A DNA stretch of 64,000 bases from Nocardioides sp. (GCF_016462705.1 NZ_JAEMSS010000001.1:241-64240), one strand, 5' to 3'; numbered from the stretch's first letter, positions 46,897 to 58,451 are shown. Numbers and translations are program-made. Notes: generated by a model not told the origin, from the sequence alone.

Positions 46897-49074
46897 ATGA
46901 TCGAGCGTTGGGGGTCCTTCGTGGCCCGCCGGTCGCTGGCCGTGCTGCTGGCCGGGCTCGCGGTCGCCGTGGCCGCGGCGGCGTACGGCGTCGGGGTGTT
47001 CGACTCCCTGTCGCAGGGCGGGTTCGACGACAAGGACTCCGAGTCGGCGCGCGAGCTGGCGCTGGAGCAGGACACGTTCGGCAACCAGGGCATCGACGTG
47101 GTCGCCATCTACTCCAGCGACGACCTCACCGCCACCGACCCGGAGTTCCAGGCCGAGGTCGAGCGCATCGTCGACGGCTACGCGGCAGGCACCACGAGCC
47201 GGGTGGTCCCCTACTACGCGGCGCCCGACCCGACCGGCCTGGTCAGCGAGGACGGGCACGCCGCCCAGGTGCTCGTCTCCCTCGCCGGCACGACCCAGGA
47301 CGACTACCTCGACAGCTACGACGAGCTCGCGCCGACTCTCGAGGCCGGCTCGGGCACGGGTCTCGAGACCGACATCGCGGGCGCCTTCGCCGTCTTCAAC
47401 GACGTCAACGAGATCACCAGCGAGGACCTCGCCCGCGCCGAGATGATCTCGATGCCGATCGTCCTGGTCCTCGCACTGCTGATCTTCGGCAGCCTCGTCG
47501 CCGCCTCCATGCCGGCCCTGGTGGGTCTGCTCGCGATGGTGGGCGCCTTGGCGCTGGTGCGGGTGATCACCGGGTTCACCGACGTCTCGGTCTTCTCGGT
47601 CAACGTCATCTCGCTGCTGGGCATCGGCCTGGCGATCGACTACGCGCTGTTCGTGGTCAGCCGGTTCCGCGAGGAGCTGGCGGCGCTCCCGGTCGACGAC
47701 CCCGACGCCTCGGCGACCGCGATCCAGCGCACGATGTCGACGGCCGGACGCACCGTGCTCTTCTCCGGTCTGACCGTGGCCGCGGCGATGTCGAGCCTGC
47801 TGATCTTCCCGCAGGCCTTCCTCAAGAGCATGGGCTACGGCGGCATGGCGGCCGTGCTGGTCGCGATGGTCGCGGCCCTGACGGTGCTCCCGGCGACGCT
47901 GCGGCTGCTCGGCCGCCGGGTGGACGCCGGCCGGCTCCCCTGGCGCCGCCGCCGCCCCGTCGTCGTCGCGGACGAGCGCGGCCGCTGGGCGGCCCTGGCC
48001 CGCGGGGTCATGCGGCGCCCCTGGCTCGTCATCGGACTGACCGTGACGGGGCTGCTGCTGGTCGCCTCGCCGTTCCTCGGCGCGAGCTGGGGCAGCGTCG
48101 ACCACAAGGTGCTGCCCGAGGACGCCCCCGCCCACGTCGCCGCCGATAAGCTCCTCGAGTTCGGCCCGGAGACCTCGACGGCCCAGCTGCTCCTGACCGG
48201 TGCGTCCGACGCGGACGCCGCGGCGTACGCCGACGAGGTGGCCGCCGTCGACGGCGTGCTCGCCGTGCAGCAGGTCGCGGCCGAGGGTGACAGCACCCTG
48301 CTGCGGGCCACGTGGGAGGGCAACTCGCAGACCGAGGCGAGCCAGGCGCTCGTCGAGGCGGTGCGGTCCGTCGAGCCGTCGTCGGGCGAGGTGCTGGTCG
48401 GCGGACAGTCCGCCGCGACCGTCGACCTCATCGACTCCGTGGGCTCCCACCTGCCGCTGATGGGCGTGATCGTGGTCGTGGTCATGCTGATCCTGCTGTT
48501 CCTGGCCTTCGGCTCACTGGTGCTGCCGGTCAAGGCGGTCGTGATGAACCTGTTCTCCATCACCGCGTCGTTCGGCGTCGTCACCTGGATCTTCGCCGAC
48601 GGGCACCTGTCCGGCCTGCTCGGCTTCGAGTCCCAGGGGTTCCTGGACGCCACGAACCCGATCCTGATGCTGGCGATCCTGTTCGGCCTGTCGATGGACT
48701 ACGAGGTGTTCCTGCTCTCGCGCATCCGGGAGCAGTGGGACCAGAGCGGGGACAACGACCTCGCCGTGGCCACCGGTGTCCAGAAGACCGGCCGGATCAT
48801 CACCAGCGCCGCGGTCCTGCTGGCGGTCGTGATCGGCGCCTTCGCCACGAGCGGCATCGTGTTCATGAAGATGCTCGGCATCGGCATGCTCGTCGCCCTG
48901 CTGGTCGACGCCACCATCGTCCGCGCGCTGCTGGTCCCGGCCACGATGAAGCTGCTCGGCCGCTGGAACTGGTGGGCGCCCGCACCGCTCGCCCGCTGGT
49001 GGACCCGCTACGGGTTCCGGGAGGGCGGCGTTCCGCCCGCGCCGGAGCCCGACCGCGAGTACGCGCGGGTCTGA
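46897..49074 (+). CDS. MMPL-family (RND) transporter
   Basis: GLAIDYALFVVSRFREE, TAGRTVLFSG, FGLSMDYEVFLLSR.RE, LGRWNWWAP. Confidence 0.95.
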   Translation: MIERWGSFVARRSLAVLLAGLAVAVAAAAYGVGVFDSLSQGGFDDKDSESARELALEQDTFGNQGIDVVAIYSSDDLTATDPEFQAEVERIVDGYAAGTTSRVVPYYAAPDPTGLVSEDGHAAQVLVSLAGTTQDDYLDSYDELAPTLEAGSGTGLETDIAGAFAVFNDVNEITSEDLARAEMISMPIVLVLALLIFGSLVAASMPALVGLLAMVGALALVRVITGFTDVSVFSVNVISLLGIGLAIDYALFVVSRFREELAALPVDDPDASATAIQRTMSTAGRTVLFSGLTVAAAMSSLLIFPQAFLKSMGYGGMAAVLVAMVAALTVLPATLRLLGRRVDAGRLPWRRRRPVVVADERGRWAALARGVMRRPWLVIGLTVTGLLLVASPFLGASWGSVDHKVLPEDAPAHVAADKLLEFGPETSTAQLLLTGASDADAAAYADEVAAVDGVLAVQQVAAEGDSTLLRATWEGNSQTEASQALVEAVRSVEPSSGEVLVGGQSAATVDLIDSVGSHLPLMGVIVVVVMLILLFLAFGSLVLPVKAVVMNLFSITASFGVVTWIFADGHLSGLLGFESQGFLDATNPILMLAILFGLSMDYEVFLLSRIREQWDQSGDNDLAVATGVQKTGRIITSAAVLLAVVIGAFATSGIVFMKMLGIGMLVALLVDATIVRALLVPATMKLLGRWNWWAPAPLARWWTRYGFREGGVPPAPEPDREYARV

Positions 49075-49109
49075 GACCGGCCGCGCCGGCAACCGCCTAG
49101 GCTGGCGCG

Positions 49110-49865
49110 ATGCGTCCTCGAGTGCGATCGACCCTGTCCGCGACCGTTCTCGTGGCGGCGGCCCTGATGTCCGGCTGCGGAGACGACGGCGATGGCGGCG
49201 GCGGGGGTGACGGGGGCAGCGACTTCACCGAGCAGACCGCGGACGAGATTTCGGACGCCGCCAAGGACGCCATGGCGGGCCTCACCGGGGTGTCCATCGA
49301 CGGCAGCCTGAGCTCGGACGGCCAGGAGATCGAGATCGCGATGGCGGTGGGCGAGGGCGGCAACTGCAGCGGGTCGTTCTCCACGCAGGGCGCGACCGCC
49401 GAGATCCTCGGCGTCGACGGGACGACGTGGTTCAGGCCGGACGCGGCGTTCTGGGACCTGTTCGCCGGTCCGGAGGCGGGGCCGCAGATCGTGGCCGCCG
49501 CCGGGGACCGCTGGGTGACGCTGCCCGACGACGACACCTCGTTCAAGCCGTTCTGCGACCTGGAGGAGTTCCTCGGCGAGCTCACCGACAGCGACGGCAG
49601 CGACGACGCGACCTACACCAAGGGTGAGACCAAGGAGATCGACGGCGAGGAGACGATCGAGATCATCTCCGAACGCCCCGAGGAGGGCACCTCCAGCGGC
49701 TACGTCCTGGTCGAGGGCGACCACTACCTGGTCAGCATCGTCAAGGAGGAGGGCGAGGACCCGGGTGAGGTCACGTTCTCCGGCTTCGACGAGCAGCCGG
49801 ACGTCGAGGCCCCCGCCGAGGACGAGCAGATCGCGCTCGAGGACCTGGAGTCCGGCGCGTACTGA
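49110..49865 (+). CDS. Acidic lipoprotein
   Basis: Lipobox LMSG-C after a hydrophobic stretch; Gly/Asp linker. Confidence 0.85.
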   Translation: MRPRVRSTLSATVLVAAALMSGCGDDGDGGGGGDGGSDFTEQTADEISDAAKDAMAGLTGVSIDGSLSSDGQEIEIAMAVGEGGNCSGSFSTQGATAEILGVDGTTWFRPDAAFWDLFAGPEAGPQIVAAAGDRWVTLPDDDTSFKPFCDLEEFLGELTDSDGSDDATYTKGETKEIDGEETIEIISERPEEGTSSGYVLVEGDHYLVSIVKEEGEDPGEVTFSGFDEQPDVEAPAEDEQIALEDLESGAY

Positions 49866-49871
49866 GCCGCC

Positions 49872-51611
49872 TCAGCGCACGAGTGCGCCCGCGTGCGCGG
49901 GCAGGGTGACCACGCCGTCGCCGAGCGAGACCCCCGCCTCGGTCTCGAACAGCACCTCGGCCGCGCCGAGCTCGACCGTCTGCTCCGTGTCGCCGAAGTT
50001 GACGACCACGGTCAGGGCGCCGCGGCGCATCGTGAGCACCCTGGTCTCCTCGTCCGCGGTGCACTCGGCGTACCTCTGGGCGGTCAGGTCGGGGTGCTCG
50101 CGGCGCAGCGCGGCCAGCTGCCGGTAGGCCGCCAGCATCCGCGCGCCCCGCGGTGCGGACGGCTCCGACCAGTCCAGCCGGGACCGGAGGTACGTCGCCT
50201 CGTCCTGCGGGTCGGGCACCGCGTCGGGGTCCCAGCCGTGCCGGGAAAACTCCTCGAGCCTGCCCTCCGACGTCGCGCGCCCGATGTCGGGGTCCGTGTG
50301 CGAGGTGAAGAACTGGAACGGCGTCGAGGCCGCCCACTCCTCGCCCTGGAACAGCATCGGCGTGAACGGCGAGCACAGGGTCACCAGCGCCGCGCACGCC
50401 AGCTGGTCGTCGTCGAGCGCCGCGGTCAGCCGGTCGCCGGCGGCGCGGTTGCCGATCTGGTCGTGGTTCTGGCTGCACACGACGAGCCGCCACGGCGGCA
50501 CGACCTCGGGGTCGATCGGCGCACCGTGCTCACGCTCGCGGAACGACGACCAGGTGCCGTCGTGGAAGAAGCCGCGCTCGCACACCTTGACCAGGGAACC
50601 GAGCGGCTCGAAGTCGGCGTAGTAGCCGTGCGTCTCGCCGGTCAGCGCCACGTGCAGCGCGTGGTGGAAGTCGTCGCTCCACTGGGCATGGAGGCCGTAT
50701 CCGCCCTGCTCGCGCGGGGTGACCATCACCGGGTCGTTGAGGTCTGACTCGGCGATCAGCGTGAGCGGGCGGCCCAGCTCGGCCGACAGCGCGTCGACCT
50801 CGGCGGACATCTCCGCGAGCAGGTGCACGGGTGACGCGTCCTGGAGGGCGTGCACGGCGTCGAGCCGGAGGCCGTCGACGCGGTAGTCCTCGAACCACAT
50901 CCGGACGTTGTCGAGGATGTAGCGGCGGACCTCGACCGAGCCCTCGCCGTCGAGGTTGACCAGGTCGCCCCAGGTGTTGCGGCCGGTCGAGAGGTAGGGG
51001 CCGAAGAGCGGGAGGTAGTTGCCGGAGGGGCCGAGGTGGTTGTAGACGACGTCCTGGACGACACCGATCCCCGCCCGGTGACAGGCGTCCACGAAGCGTT
51101 GGTAGGCCGCCGGGCCGCCGTAGGTCTCGTCCACCACGAACCAGCCCACTCCGTCGTAGCCCCAGTTGTGCGTGCCGTCGAACCCGTTGACGGGCATCAG
51201 CTCCACGAGCCCGACGCCGATGCTCGCCAGGTGGTCGAGCCGCTCGGCCGCCGCGTCCAGCGTGCCCTCGGGCGTGAACGTCCCGACGTGGAGCTCGTAG
51301 ACGACCGTGCCCTCGAGCGCGAGCCCGGTCCAGTCGCCGTCACCCCACGCGTACGCCGTGTGGTCGACGGTGCGCGACCGCTCGTGCGGACCGTCGGGCT
51401 GACGGCGCGACCTCGGGTCGGGCAGGACCCGGTCGCCCTCGTCGAGCAGGTAGCCGTAGTCCACCTCGCCGGCGGGCACCGGCCCGTCGGGGGACCACCA
51501 GCCGTCGTCGCCCCGGGTCATCGGCACGACGTCGTCGCCGACCGCCAGCCGCACCCGCTGGGCCAGGGGCGCCCAGACGTCGAGGGGGCCGTGCCTCGAC
51601 GAGGTGCTCAT
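49872..51611 (-). CDS. treZ: Malto-oligosyltrehalose trehalohydrolase
   Basis: [50 protein letters not shown]. Confidence 0.96.
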   Translation of the reverse strand: MSTSSRHGPLDVWAPLAQRVRLAVGDDVVPMTRGDDGWWSPDGPVPAGEVDYGYLLDEGDRVLPDPRSRRQPDGPHERSRTVDHTAYAWGDGDWTGLALEGTVVYELHVGTFTPEGTLDAAAERLDHLASIGVGLVELMPVNGFDGTHNWGYDGVGWFVVDETYGGPAAYQRFVDACHRAGIGVVQDVVYNHLGPSGNYLPLFGPYLSTGRNTWGDLVNLDGEGSVEVRRYILDNVRMWFEDYRVDGLRLDAVHALQDASPVHLLAEMSAEVDALSAELGRPLTLIAESDLNDPVMVTPREQGGYGLHAQWSDDFHHALHVALTGETHGYYADFEPLGSLVKVCERGFFHDGTWSSFREREHGAPIDPEVVPPWRLVVCSQNHDQIGNRAAGDRLTAALDDDQLACAALVTLCSPFTPMLFQGEEWAASTPFQFFTSHTDPDIGRATSEGRLEEFSRHGWDPDAVPDPQDEATYLRSRLDWSEPSAPRGARMLAAYRQLAALRREHPDLTAQRYAECTADEETRVLTMRRGALTVVVNFGDTEQTVELGAAEVLFETEAGVSLGDGVVTLPAHAGALVR

Positions 51612-53722
51612 GCGTCCCGCACCAGCAGCGCCACGGGATAGGAACCGAGCAGCTCGGCCAGCCGGGGCGACGCGGGCCGGCCGGTGAGCACGTCGGTCCA
51701 GGCGCCGGACGGCAGCGCGAGCTCGGTGTCCCCCCAGCCGCGCGCGTCGAGGCCGACCGGCAGGCGGGTGGCGACCGCCACGACGCCACCCCGGTCGAAG
51801 GCGACCACGTGGGCGGCGGCCTCACCGCTGGCCGACACGGGTGTGTAAGTGGTGAACAGCTCGGGGCGGTCCCGCCGCAGCGAGAGCGCGGACACGACGA
51901 CCGCGGCCTTCAGCCATGCCGGATCGTCCGCACCGTCGAGCACCGCGGCCCGGTGGGCGAAGTCGACCGGTCGCCGGTTGTCGGGGTCCACGAGGCTCTG
52001 GTCCCAGAGCTCGGTGCCCTGGTAGACGTCCGGCACGCCGGGCATCGTCAGCGCCACCAGCTTGGCGGCGAGGGCGTTGCTGCAGGCCGGCCCGTCGACG
52101 CGTTCGGACATGCGGCCGAGGACCGCCGACACCTCCTGGTCGTCGAAGGCCGCGTCGACGGCGGCGTGCATCGCCGCCTCGTAGTCCTGGTCCGGGTCCG
52201 CCCACGTGGTCCGGTCACCGGCCTCGCGCATCGCCTTCTCGGCGTAGGCGTGCAGGCGCTCGCGGGAGGCCGGCCAGGCGCCGAGCACGGCCTGCCACAG
52301 CAGCGACCCGAACGCGGGGTCGGGCAGCGGCACCAGCCGGAGCAGCTCGTCGAGCGCCGACGCCCACTCGCCGGGGATCTCGGCGAGCACGCCGATCCGG
52401 GCCCGGGTGTCCTCGCTGCGCTTCGTGTCGTGCGTCGTCAACGCGGTCATGGCGTGCGGCCATGTCGACTGCCTGGCCGCCATCGCGGCGTGGAACTCCG
52501 CGACGGTCGTGGCGAAGACGCTGGGGTCGCCGCCGACCTCGTTGAGGGAGGTCAGGCGCGACCAGCGGTAGAAGGCGCAGTCCTCGACGCCCTTGGCCAT
52601 CACCATGCCGCTGGTCTGCTGGAAGCGCAGCGCCGCCGGGTGCCGGCGGTCGCGCAGCAGCGGCTGGATGCGGTCGAACGCCGCGTCCAGGTCGGGCCGG
52701 CGCCGGCGCGCGTCGGCGAACGCATGGTCGAGGTGCGCCCGGCCGTCAGGCAGGTAGGACCGGTAGACCGGGAAGCAGGCGAGCAGCTCGGCGACCGCGT
52801 CGACCAACGACGCCGGCTCGGGACGGGTGGCGTCGCCGGCCGGCCCGCTCAGGTCGCGGACGATCCGGCGTACCTCCGGGTGCAGGGCCGCGTCGGCGAC
52901 CGCGCGCTTGGTCGAGTGGACCAGCTCGGTCCAGTCGACCGGCGCGCCGAGCCGCTCGGCCAGCGCGGTCAGGGGCTCCTCCCCCGCCGGGTCGGTCAGG
53001 ACCCGGTCGACCAGCGCCAGGGCGTCGTAGCCCGTGGTGCCGGCGGTGGCCCACGAGGTCAGGAGCTCCTCGCCCGGCTCGAGGATCTTCTCGACGAGCA
53101 CGTAGGCGTCGCCCGTGAGCGCAGCCAGGTCGTCCAGGTAGCCACCGGGGTCGAGCAGCCCGTCCGGGTGGTCGACCCGCAGCCCGTCGACGAGTCCCTC
53201 GTCGAACCAGCGCCGGATCTCGACGTGGCTGGCGTCGAACACCTCGCGCTCCTCGACCCGGATGCCGGCCAGGGAGTCGATGGTGAAGAACCGCCGGTAG
53301 TTCAGGTCCGGGCCGGTCCGCAGGGACCCGCCGCCGGCGGCCCAGTCGACGTCGAAGAAACCGGCGTACGCCGACTCGCGGCCGTGCTCCAGCACGTCGG
53401 CCCACCAGGCGTTGGCCTCCGGCGTCGCCACCCCGACGTGGTTGGGCACGATGTCCACGAGCACGCCCATGCCCAGCCGGCGCGCCTCCGTCGAGAGCGC
53501 CGCCAGGCCGTCGGCGCCGCCCCGGGACGGGTCGACCCGGTCGTGCCGCACGACGTCGTAGCCGTGCTCGGAGCCCGCCTCGGCCTCGAGGATCGGCGAC
53601 AGGTAGACCCAGTCGACCCCGAGGTCGTGCAGGTAGGGCAGCACCGCCGTCGCCGCGAACAGGTCGAACGACGGCGTGACCTGCAGCCGGTAGGTGCTGG
53701 CGGGGGCGGTGGACCTGGTCAC
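51608..53722 (-). CDS. treY: Malto-oligosyltrehalose synthase (compact, 704 aa)
   Basis: [44 protein letters not shown]. Confidence 0.95.
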   Translation of the reverse strand: MTRSTAPASTYRLQVTPSFDLFAATAVLPYLHDLGVDWVYLSPILEAEAGSEHGYDVVRHDRVDPSRGGADGLAALSTEARRLGMGVLVDIVPNHVGVATPEANAWWADVLEHGRESAYAGFFDVDWAAGGGSLRTGPDLNYRRFFTIDSLAGIRVEEREVFDASHVEIRRWFDEGLVDGLRVDHPDGLLDPGGYLDDLAALTGDAYVLVEKILEPGEELLTSWATAGTTGYDALALVDRVLTDPAGEEPLTALAERLGAPVDWTELVHSTKRAVADAALHPEVRRIVRDLSGPAGDATRPEPASLVDAVAELLACFPVYRSYLPDGRAHLDHAFADARRRRPDLDAAFDRIQPLLRDRRHPAALRFQQTSGMVMAKGVEDCAFYRWSRLTSLNEVGGDPSVFATTVAEFHAAMAARQSTWPHAMTALTTHDTKRSEDTRARIGVLAEIPGEWASALDELLRLVPLPDPAFGSLLWQAVLGAWPASRERLHAYAEKAMREAGDRTTWADPDQDYEAAMHAAVDAAFDDQEVSAVLGRMSERVDGPACSNALAAKLVALTMPGVPDVYQGTELWDQSLVDPDNRRPVDFAHRAAVLDGADDPAWLKAAVVVSALSLRRDRPELFTTYTPVSASGEAAAHVVAFDRGGVVAVATRLPVGLDARGWGDTELALPSGAWTDVLTGRPASPRLAELLGSYPVALLVRDA

Positions 53723-55908
53723 TGGGTGCGAGTACCCACCGGGGCCTGGGCGGCAACGGACGCGGCCACGGACAGGTCCGGCTCGGCCTCGGGCTCGGAG
53801 TGCTCCTGGAGGACCAGCAGGCTGCGCGTCTCGAGGTGGAACGTCCCACCGGCCTCGATCACCGTCGCCGCGTCGGCCTCGCCGCCGGTGTTGATCACCA
53901 CGTCCCACGCCTCGGCGTACTCCGCGGGGGGCAGGGTGAGGTCCACCGGCCCGTCGGCGTTGAAGTAGAGCAGGAAGTGGTCGTCGTGCAGGGTCTCCCC
54001 GCGGCTGCCCTTGCCGGCGATGCCGTCGCCGTTGAGGTACATGCCGATGACCTTGGAGCCGTCCGCCCAGTCCTCCTCCTCCATGGGACGGCCCTCCGGG
54101 TGCAGCCAGACGATGTCGTTGAGCCGCTCCTGGCCCGTGGGGCCGGTACGTACGGTGCTGCCGGTGAAGAAGCGCTTGCGTCGGAACGTCGGGTGGTCCT
54201 GGCGCAGCCTGACCACGGCCGAGGTGAACTCCAGCAGCGGACGGTCGACGTCGTCCCAGTGCATCCAGCTGATCTCGGAGTCCTGGGCGTAGGTGTTGTT
54301 GTTGCCGTCCTGGGTCCGGCCCACCTCGTCACCGTGCAGGATCATCGGCACGCCCTGGCTCAGCAGCAGCGTCGCCAGGAAGTTGCGCTGCTCACGGGAG
54401 CGGGCGGCGAGGATCTCCGGGTCGTCGGTCGGCCCCTCCACCCCGTGGTTCCACGAACGGTTGTGGCTCTCGCCGTCGTTGTTGTCCTCGCCGTTGGCCT
54501 CGTTGTGCTTCTCGTCGTAGGAGACCAGGTCGCGCAGCGTGAACCCGTCGTGCGCGGTCACGAAGTTGATGCTGGCGAACGGCCGGCGTCCCGAGTGCTC
54601 GTAGAGGTCGGAGGAGCCGGCGACGCGGGAGGCGAACTCGCCGAGCGACGGCTCGCCACGCCAGAAGTCGCGGACCGTGTCGCGGTAGGCGCCGTTCCAC
54701 TCCGACCACTGGGGTGGGAACCCCCCGACCTGGTAGCCGCCGGGACCGATGTCCCAGGGCTCGGCGATCAGCTTGACCTGGCTGACGACGGGGTCCTGCT
54801 GCACGAGCTCGAAGAACGTCGCCAGCCGGTCGACGTCGTAGAACTCCCGGGCCAGCGTGGAAGCCAGGTCGAACCGGAAGCCGTCGACGTGCATCTCGGT
54901 CACCCAGTAGCGCAGGGAGTCCATGATCAGCTGCAGCGAGTGCGGGTGCCGGACGTTGAGGGAGTTGCCGGTGCCCGTGTAGTCCATGTAGTAGCGCTGG
55001 TCGTCCTCGACGACGCGGTAGTAGGCCTTGTTGTCGATGCCCTTCATCGACAGCGTCGGTCCCAGGTGGTTGCCCTCGGCGGTGTGGTTGTAGACGACGT
55101 CGAGGATGACCTCGATGCCGGCCGCGTGGAGGGCCTTCACCATCGACTTGAACTCCTGCACCTGCTGGCCGAGGTCGCCCGTCGAGGCATAGTCGGAGTG
55201 CGGTGCGAAGAACGCGAGGGTGTTGTAGCCCCAGTAGTTGCGCAGGCCCTTGTCCAGCAGCGTGCTGTCCTGGATGAACTGGTGCACCGGCATCAGCTCG
55301 ATCGCCGTGACGCCGAGCTTGGTGAGGTGGGCGATCACCGAGGGGTGGCCGAGGGCGGCGTAGGTGCCGCGCATCTCCTCCGGGACCTCTGGGTGCAGGT
55401 AGGTGAGGCCCTTGACGTGGGCCTCGTAGATGACGGTCTGGTTGTAGGGGATCGCCGGTCGGCGGTCGCCCTCCCAGTCGAAGAACGGGTTGATGACCAC
55501 GCCGTAGGTCATGTGCGGACCCGAGTCGTCGTCGTTGCGGGAGTCCGGGTCGCCGAAGTCGTAGCCGAACAGCGCCTGGTCCCAGTCGATCTCGCCGGCG
55601 GTCGCCTTGGCGTACGGGTCGAGCAGCAGCTTGTTGGGGTTGCAGCGCAGGCCCTGGGCCGGGTCCCACGGCCCGTGCACGCGGTAGCCGTAGCGCTGGC
55701 CGGGCTGCACCGTGGGGAGGTAGGCGTGCCAGACGTAGGCGTCCACCTCGCTCAGCTCGACCCGGGTCTCCTCGACCTGGCCGTCCGCGCCGACGTCGAA
55801 CAGGCAGAGCTCGACCTTCTCCGCCACCTCGCTGAACAGGGCGAAGTTGGTTCCGCTGCCGTCGAACGTCGCCCCGAGGGGGTAGGCACTGCCAGGCCAG
55901 GTCTCCAC
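53719..55908 (-). CDS. glgX: Glycogen debranching enzyme
   Basis: WPGSAYPLGA, NYWGYNT, DGFRFDLA, IAEPWD, TAHDGFTL. Confidence 0.97.
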   Translation of the reverse strand: METWPGSAYPLGATFDGSGTNFALFSEVAEKVELCLFDVGADGQVEETRVELSEVDAYVWHAYLPTVQPGQRYGYRVHGPWDPAQGLRCNPNKLLLDPYAKATAGEIDWDQALFGYDFGDPDSRNDDDSGPHMTYGVVINPFFDWEGDRRPAIPYNQTVIYEAHVKGLTYLHPEVPEEMRGTYAALGHPSVIAHLTKLGVTAIELMPVHQFIQDSTLLDKGLRNYWGYNTLAFFAPHSDYASTGDLGQQVQEFKSMVKALHAAGIEVILDVVYNHTAEGNHLGPTLSMKGIDNKAYYRVVEDDQRYYMDYTGTGNSLNVRHPHSLQLIMDSLRYWVTEMHVDGFRFDLASTLAREFYDVDRLATFFELVQQDPVVSQVKLIAEPWDIGPGGYQVGGFPPQWSEWNGAYRDTVRDFWRGEPSLGEFASRVAGSSDLYEHSGRRPFASINFVTAHDGFTLRDLVSYDEKHNEANGEDNNDGESHNRSWNHGVEGPTDDPEILAARSREQRNFLATLLLSQGVPMILHGDEVGRTQDGNNNTYAQDSEISWMHWDDVDRPLLEFTSAVVRLRQDHPTFRRKRFFTGSTVRTGPTGQERLNDIVWLHPEGRPMEEEDWADGSKVIGMYLNGDGIAGKGSRGETLHDDHFLLYFNADGPVDLTLPPAEYAEAWDVVINTGGEADAATVIEAGGTFHLETRSLLVLQEHSEPEAEPDLSVAASVAAQAPVGTRTQ
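53732..53757 (-). promoter_or_regulatory. Possible SigF/SigB-type promoter for treY inside the glgX 3' end
   Basis: GTTG-N16-GGGTAC, 9 nt before the treY GTG. Confidence 0.4.
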
Positions 55909-56125
55909 GCGTCCACACTCTCTTCCCCACCACCGGTTGGAACGATCAAACTATCGCGCCCGCCTGCCAGTACCCAGACAGCGGGGACGGCATCGGAGGC
56001 GCCGCCTCCACGACCGTCAGCGGCGGGCGGTGCGCTCGAGATCGACAGCGGGGCGAAGATCGCGCCCGGTGGCCTCGATCACGTTCGCCACGTCCTCATG
56101 CAAGCAGGCGGCACGACAGCCACGA

Positions 56126-56151
56126 GGAATGCACCTCGTCGACAGCGGGTT
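56126..56151 (+). promoter_or_regulatory. SigR/SigH-type promoter
   Basis: GGAAT-N18-GTT exactly, 10 nt before GTG 56162. Confidence 0.6.
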
Positions 56152-56161
56152 GGGTCACACC

Positions 56162-57601
56162 GTGACGTCCACGCCGCCGATCAGCCGGGCCGACGTCGGC
56201 CTGCGCAGCGAGCGAGGCCCGGTCCTGCTGGCGGTCATGCTCAGCGTCGGGCTGGTCGCCATCGACGCGACGGTGCTCGCGACGGCGGTCCCGGCCGTGG
56301 TCGAGGACCTCGGCGGCTTCACCCAGTTCCCGTGGTTGTTCTCCGTCTACCTGCTGACCCAGGCCGTCACGGTGCCGCTCTACTCCAAGCTGGCCGACCA
56401 GTACGGCCGGAAGCCGATGATGCTGACCGGGGTCGGCATCTTCCTGCTCGGCTCGCTGCTGTGCGGCCTGGCGTGGAACATGGCGTCGCTGATCGCCTTC
56501 CGCGCGGTCCAGGGCATCGGCGCAGGGGCGGTGCAGCCGATCGGGATGACCATCGTCGGCGACATCTACTCGGTCCAGGAGCGGGCCAAGGTGCAGGGCT
56601 ACCTGGCGAGCGTGTGGGCGCTGTCCTCGGTCGTCGGCCCCACGCTGGGCGGGGTGTTCTCCGACTACCTGTCGTGGCGGTGGATCTTCTTCGTGAACCT
56701 GCCGCTCGGCGCGGCGGCGCTGTGGATGTTCGCGCGCCGCTTCCACGAGGAGATCGAGCCGGCCCGGCACCGCATCGACGTCGCCGGCTCGCTGCTGCTC
56801 ACCGGCGGCGGCATCGCCCTGCTCCTCGGACTGCTCGAGGGCGGGGTGCGCTGGTCGTGGTCGTCCCCGATGAGCGTCGGCCTGTTCGGCTCCGCCGCGG
56901 TCATGCTGGTGGCCTTCGTGCTGGTGGAGCGGCGGGCGAGCGAGCCGGTCCTGCCCCTGTGGGTGTTCCGGCACCGGGTGATCCTGCCCGCGACCCTGAC
57001 CGCCCTGGTGGTCGGCGTCCTCCTCATCGGGCTGACGTCGTACATCCCGCTCTACGGCCAGTCGGTGCTCGGGCACAGCGCCCTGCTCGCCGGGTTCGCC
57101 CTGGCCGCACTCACCTTGGGCTGGCCCATCTCGGCCGCCAACGCCGGCCGCCTCTACCTCACCGTCGGCTTCCGCTCGACCATGGTCCTCGGCGCGGTGC
57201 TCGGGCTGGTCGGCTCGCTGCTGCTGCTGACCCTGGACGCCGACAGCTCGCTGCTCCACCTCGCCTTGCCGTGCTTCGTGATGGGGCTGGGCTTCGGCTT
57301 CGCGGTCGCACCGTCGGTCATCGCCGCCCAGTCCGCCGTCGGCTGGGAGTCCCGCGCCGTCACGACGGGGGTGACCATGTTCGCCCGCACCGTCGGCAGC
57401 GCCGTCGGTGTCGCCGTGTTCGGAGCGCTGGTCAACGCCCGGGTCACCGCCGCCACCGGTCACGGGAGCCCCGACCTCGAGCACCTCTCCCCGGAGATCC
57501 TCGAGCCGGCCATCCGGACGGTGTTCGTCGGCTCGGTCGCCGTCGCCGTCGTCCTGGTCGCCGTGAGCCTCCTGATGCCGCGCAAGATCGACACCTCGTG
57601 A
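56162..57601 (+). CDS. MFS drug:H+ antiporter (DHA2/EmrB-like)
   Basis: WLFSVYLL, KLADQYGRK, FRAVQGIGAG, GPTLGG..SWRWIFFVNLP. Confidence 0.92.
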   Translation: MTSTPPISRADVGLRSERGPVLLAVMLSVGLVAIDATVLATAVPAVVEDLGGFTQFPWLFSVYLLTQAVTVPLYSKLADQYGRKPMMLTGVGIFLLGSLLCGLAWNMASLIAFRAVQGIGAGAVQPIGMTIVGDIYSVQERAKVQGYLASVWALSSVVGPTLGGVFSDYLSWRWIFFVNLPLGAAALWMFARRFHEEIEPARHRIDVAGSLLLTGGGIALLLGLLEGGVRWSWSSPMSVGLFGSAAVMLVAFVLVERRASEPVLPLWVFRHRVILPATLTALVVGVLLIGLTSYIPLYGQSVLGHSALLAGFALAALTLGWPISAANAGRLYLTVGFRSTMVLGAVLGLVGSLLLLTLDADSSLLHLALPCFVMGLGFGFAVAPSVIAAQSAVGWESRAVTTGVTMFARTVGSAVGVAVFGALVNARVTAATGHGSPDLEHLSPEILEPAIRTVFVGSVAVAVVLVAVSLLMPRKIDTS

Positions 57602-57661
57602 CCCGATGAGCCCAGGCTCGCCTTCGTTGCGGCGGCCTGACGGACTGGCGACGATCGGTCC

Positions 57662-58432
57662 ATGACCACGGAGACGCCGGACGTCGACCCCGGACTCCCC
57701 GAGGACCTCGACCTGGACCGCCTGCATGCCCAGCAGCACGAGGACGAGCCGCACGAGTCCGGCTACCGGGGGCGGCTCAACTGGCTGCGAGCCGGCGTCC
57801 TCGGCGCCAACGACGGCGTGGTCTCGACCGCCGGGATCGTGATGGGCGTCGCCGGCGCCACCACCGACCGGGGCACCATCCTCATCGCCGGTGTCGCCGG
57901 CCTGGTGGCCGGCGCGCTGAGCATGGCCGCCGGGGAGTACGTCTCGGTCAGCACGCAGCGCGACTCGGAGCTGGCCCTGCTGGAGAAGGAGCGCGGCGAG
58001 CTGCGCGACGAGCCCGCGGAGGAGCTGGAGGAGCTGGCGGGCCTCTACGTCGCCAAGGGACTGTCGGAGGACCTGGCCCTGCAGGTTGCCCAGCAGCTCA
58101 CCGAGCACGACGCCCTCGGCGCCCACGCGGAGGCCGAGCTGGGCATCGACCCCCACGACATCACCAACCCGTGGTCGGCGGCGTTCGCGTCCATGGTCGC
58201 CTTCATCCTGGGCGCCCTCCTGCCCCTGCTCACGATCACCCTGTTCGGCTCCGGGGCCCGGGTTCCGGTGACCGTCGTATCGGTCGCCGTGGCCCTGGCC
58301 CTCACCGGCTGGGCCAGCGCGAGGATGTCCGACGGACCCCCGACGCGGGCCGTGCTCCGCAACGTCGCCGGCGGCCTGCTGGCCATGGGCATCACGTTCG
58401 CCATCGGAAATGTGGTCGGCACGTGGGTCTGA
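57662..58432 (+). CDS. VIT1/CCC1 family Fe/Mn transporter
   Basis: LRAGVLGANDG, AGALSMAAGEYVSVSTQRD, HAEAELG. Confidence 0.93.
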   Translation: MTTETPDVDPGLPEDLDLDRLHAQQHEDEPHESGYRGRLNWLRAGVLGANDGVVSTAGIVMGVAGATTDRGTILIAGVAGLVAGALSMAAGEYVSVSTQRDSELALLEKERGELRDEPAEELEELAGLYVAKGLSEDLALQVAQQLTEHDALGAHAEAELGIDPHDITNPWSAAFASMVAFILGALLPLLTITLFGSGARVPVTVVSVAVALALTGWASARMSDGPPTRAVLRNVAGGLLAMGITFAIGNVVGTWV

Positions 58433-58451
58433 CACCTGTCACGATGACCGG

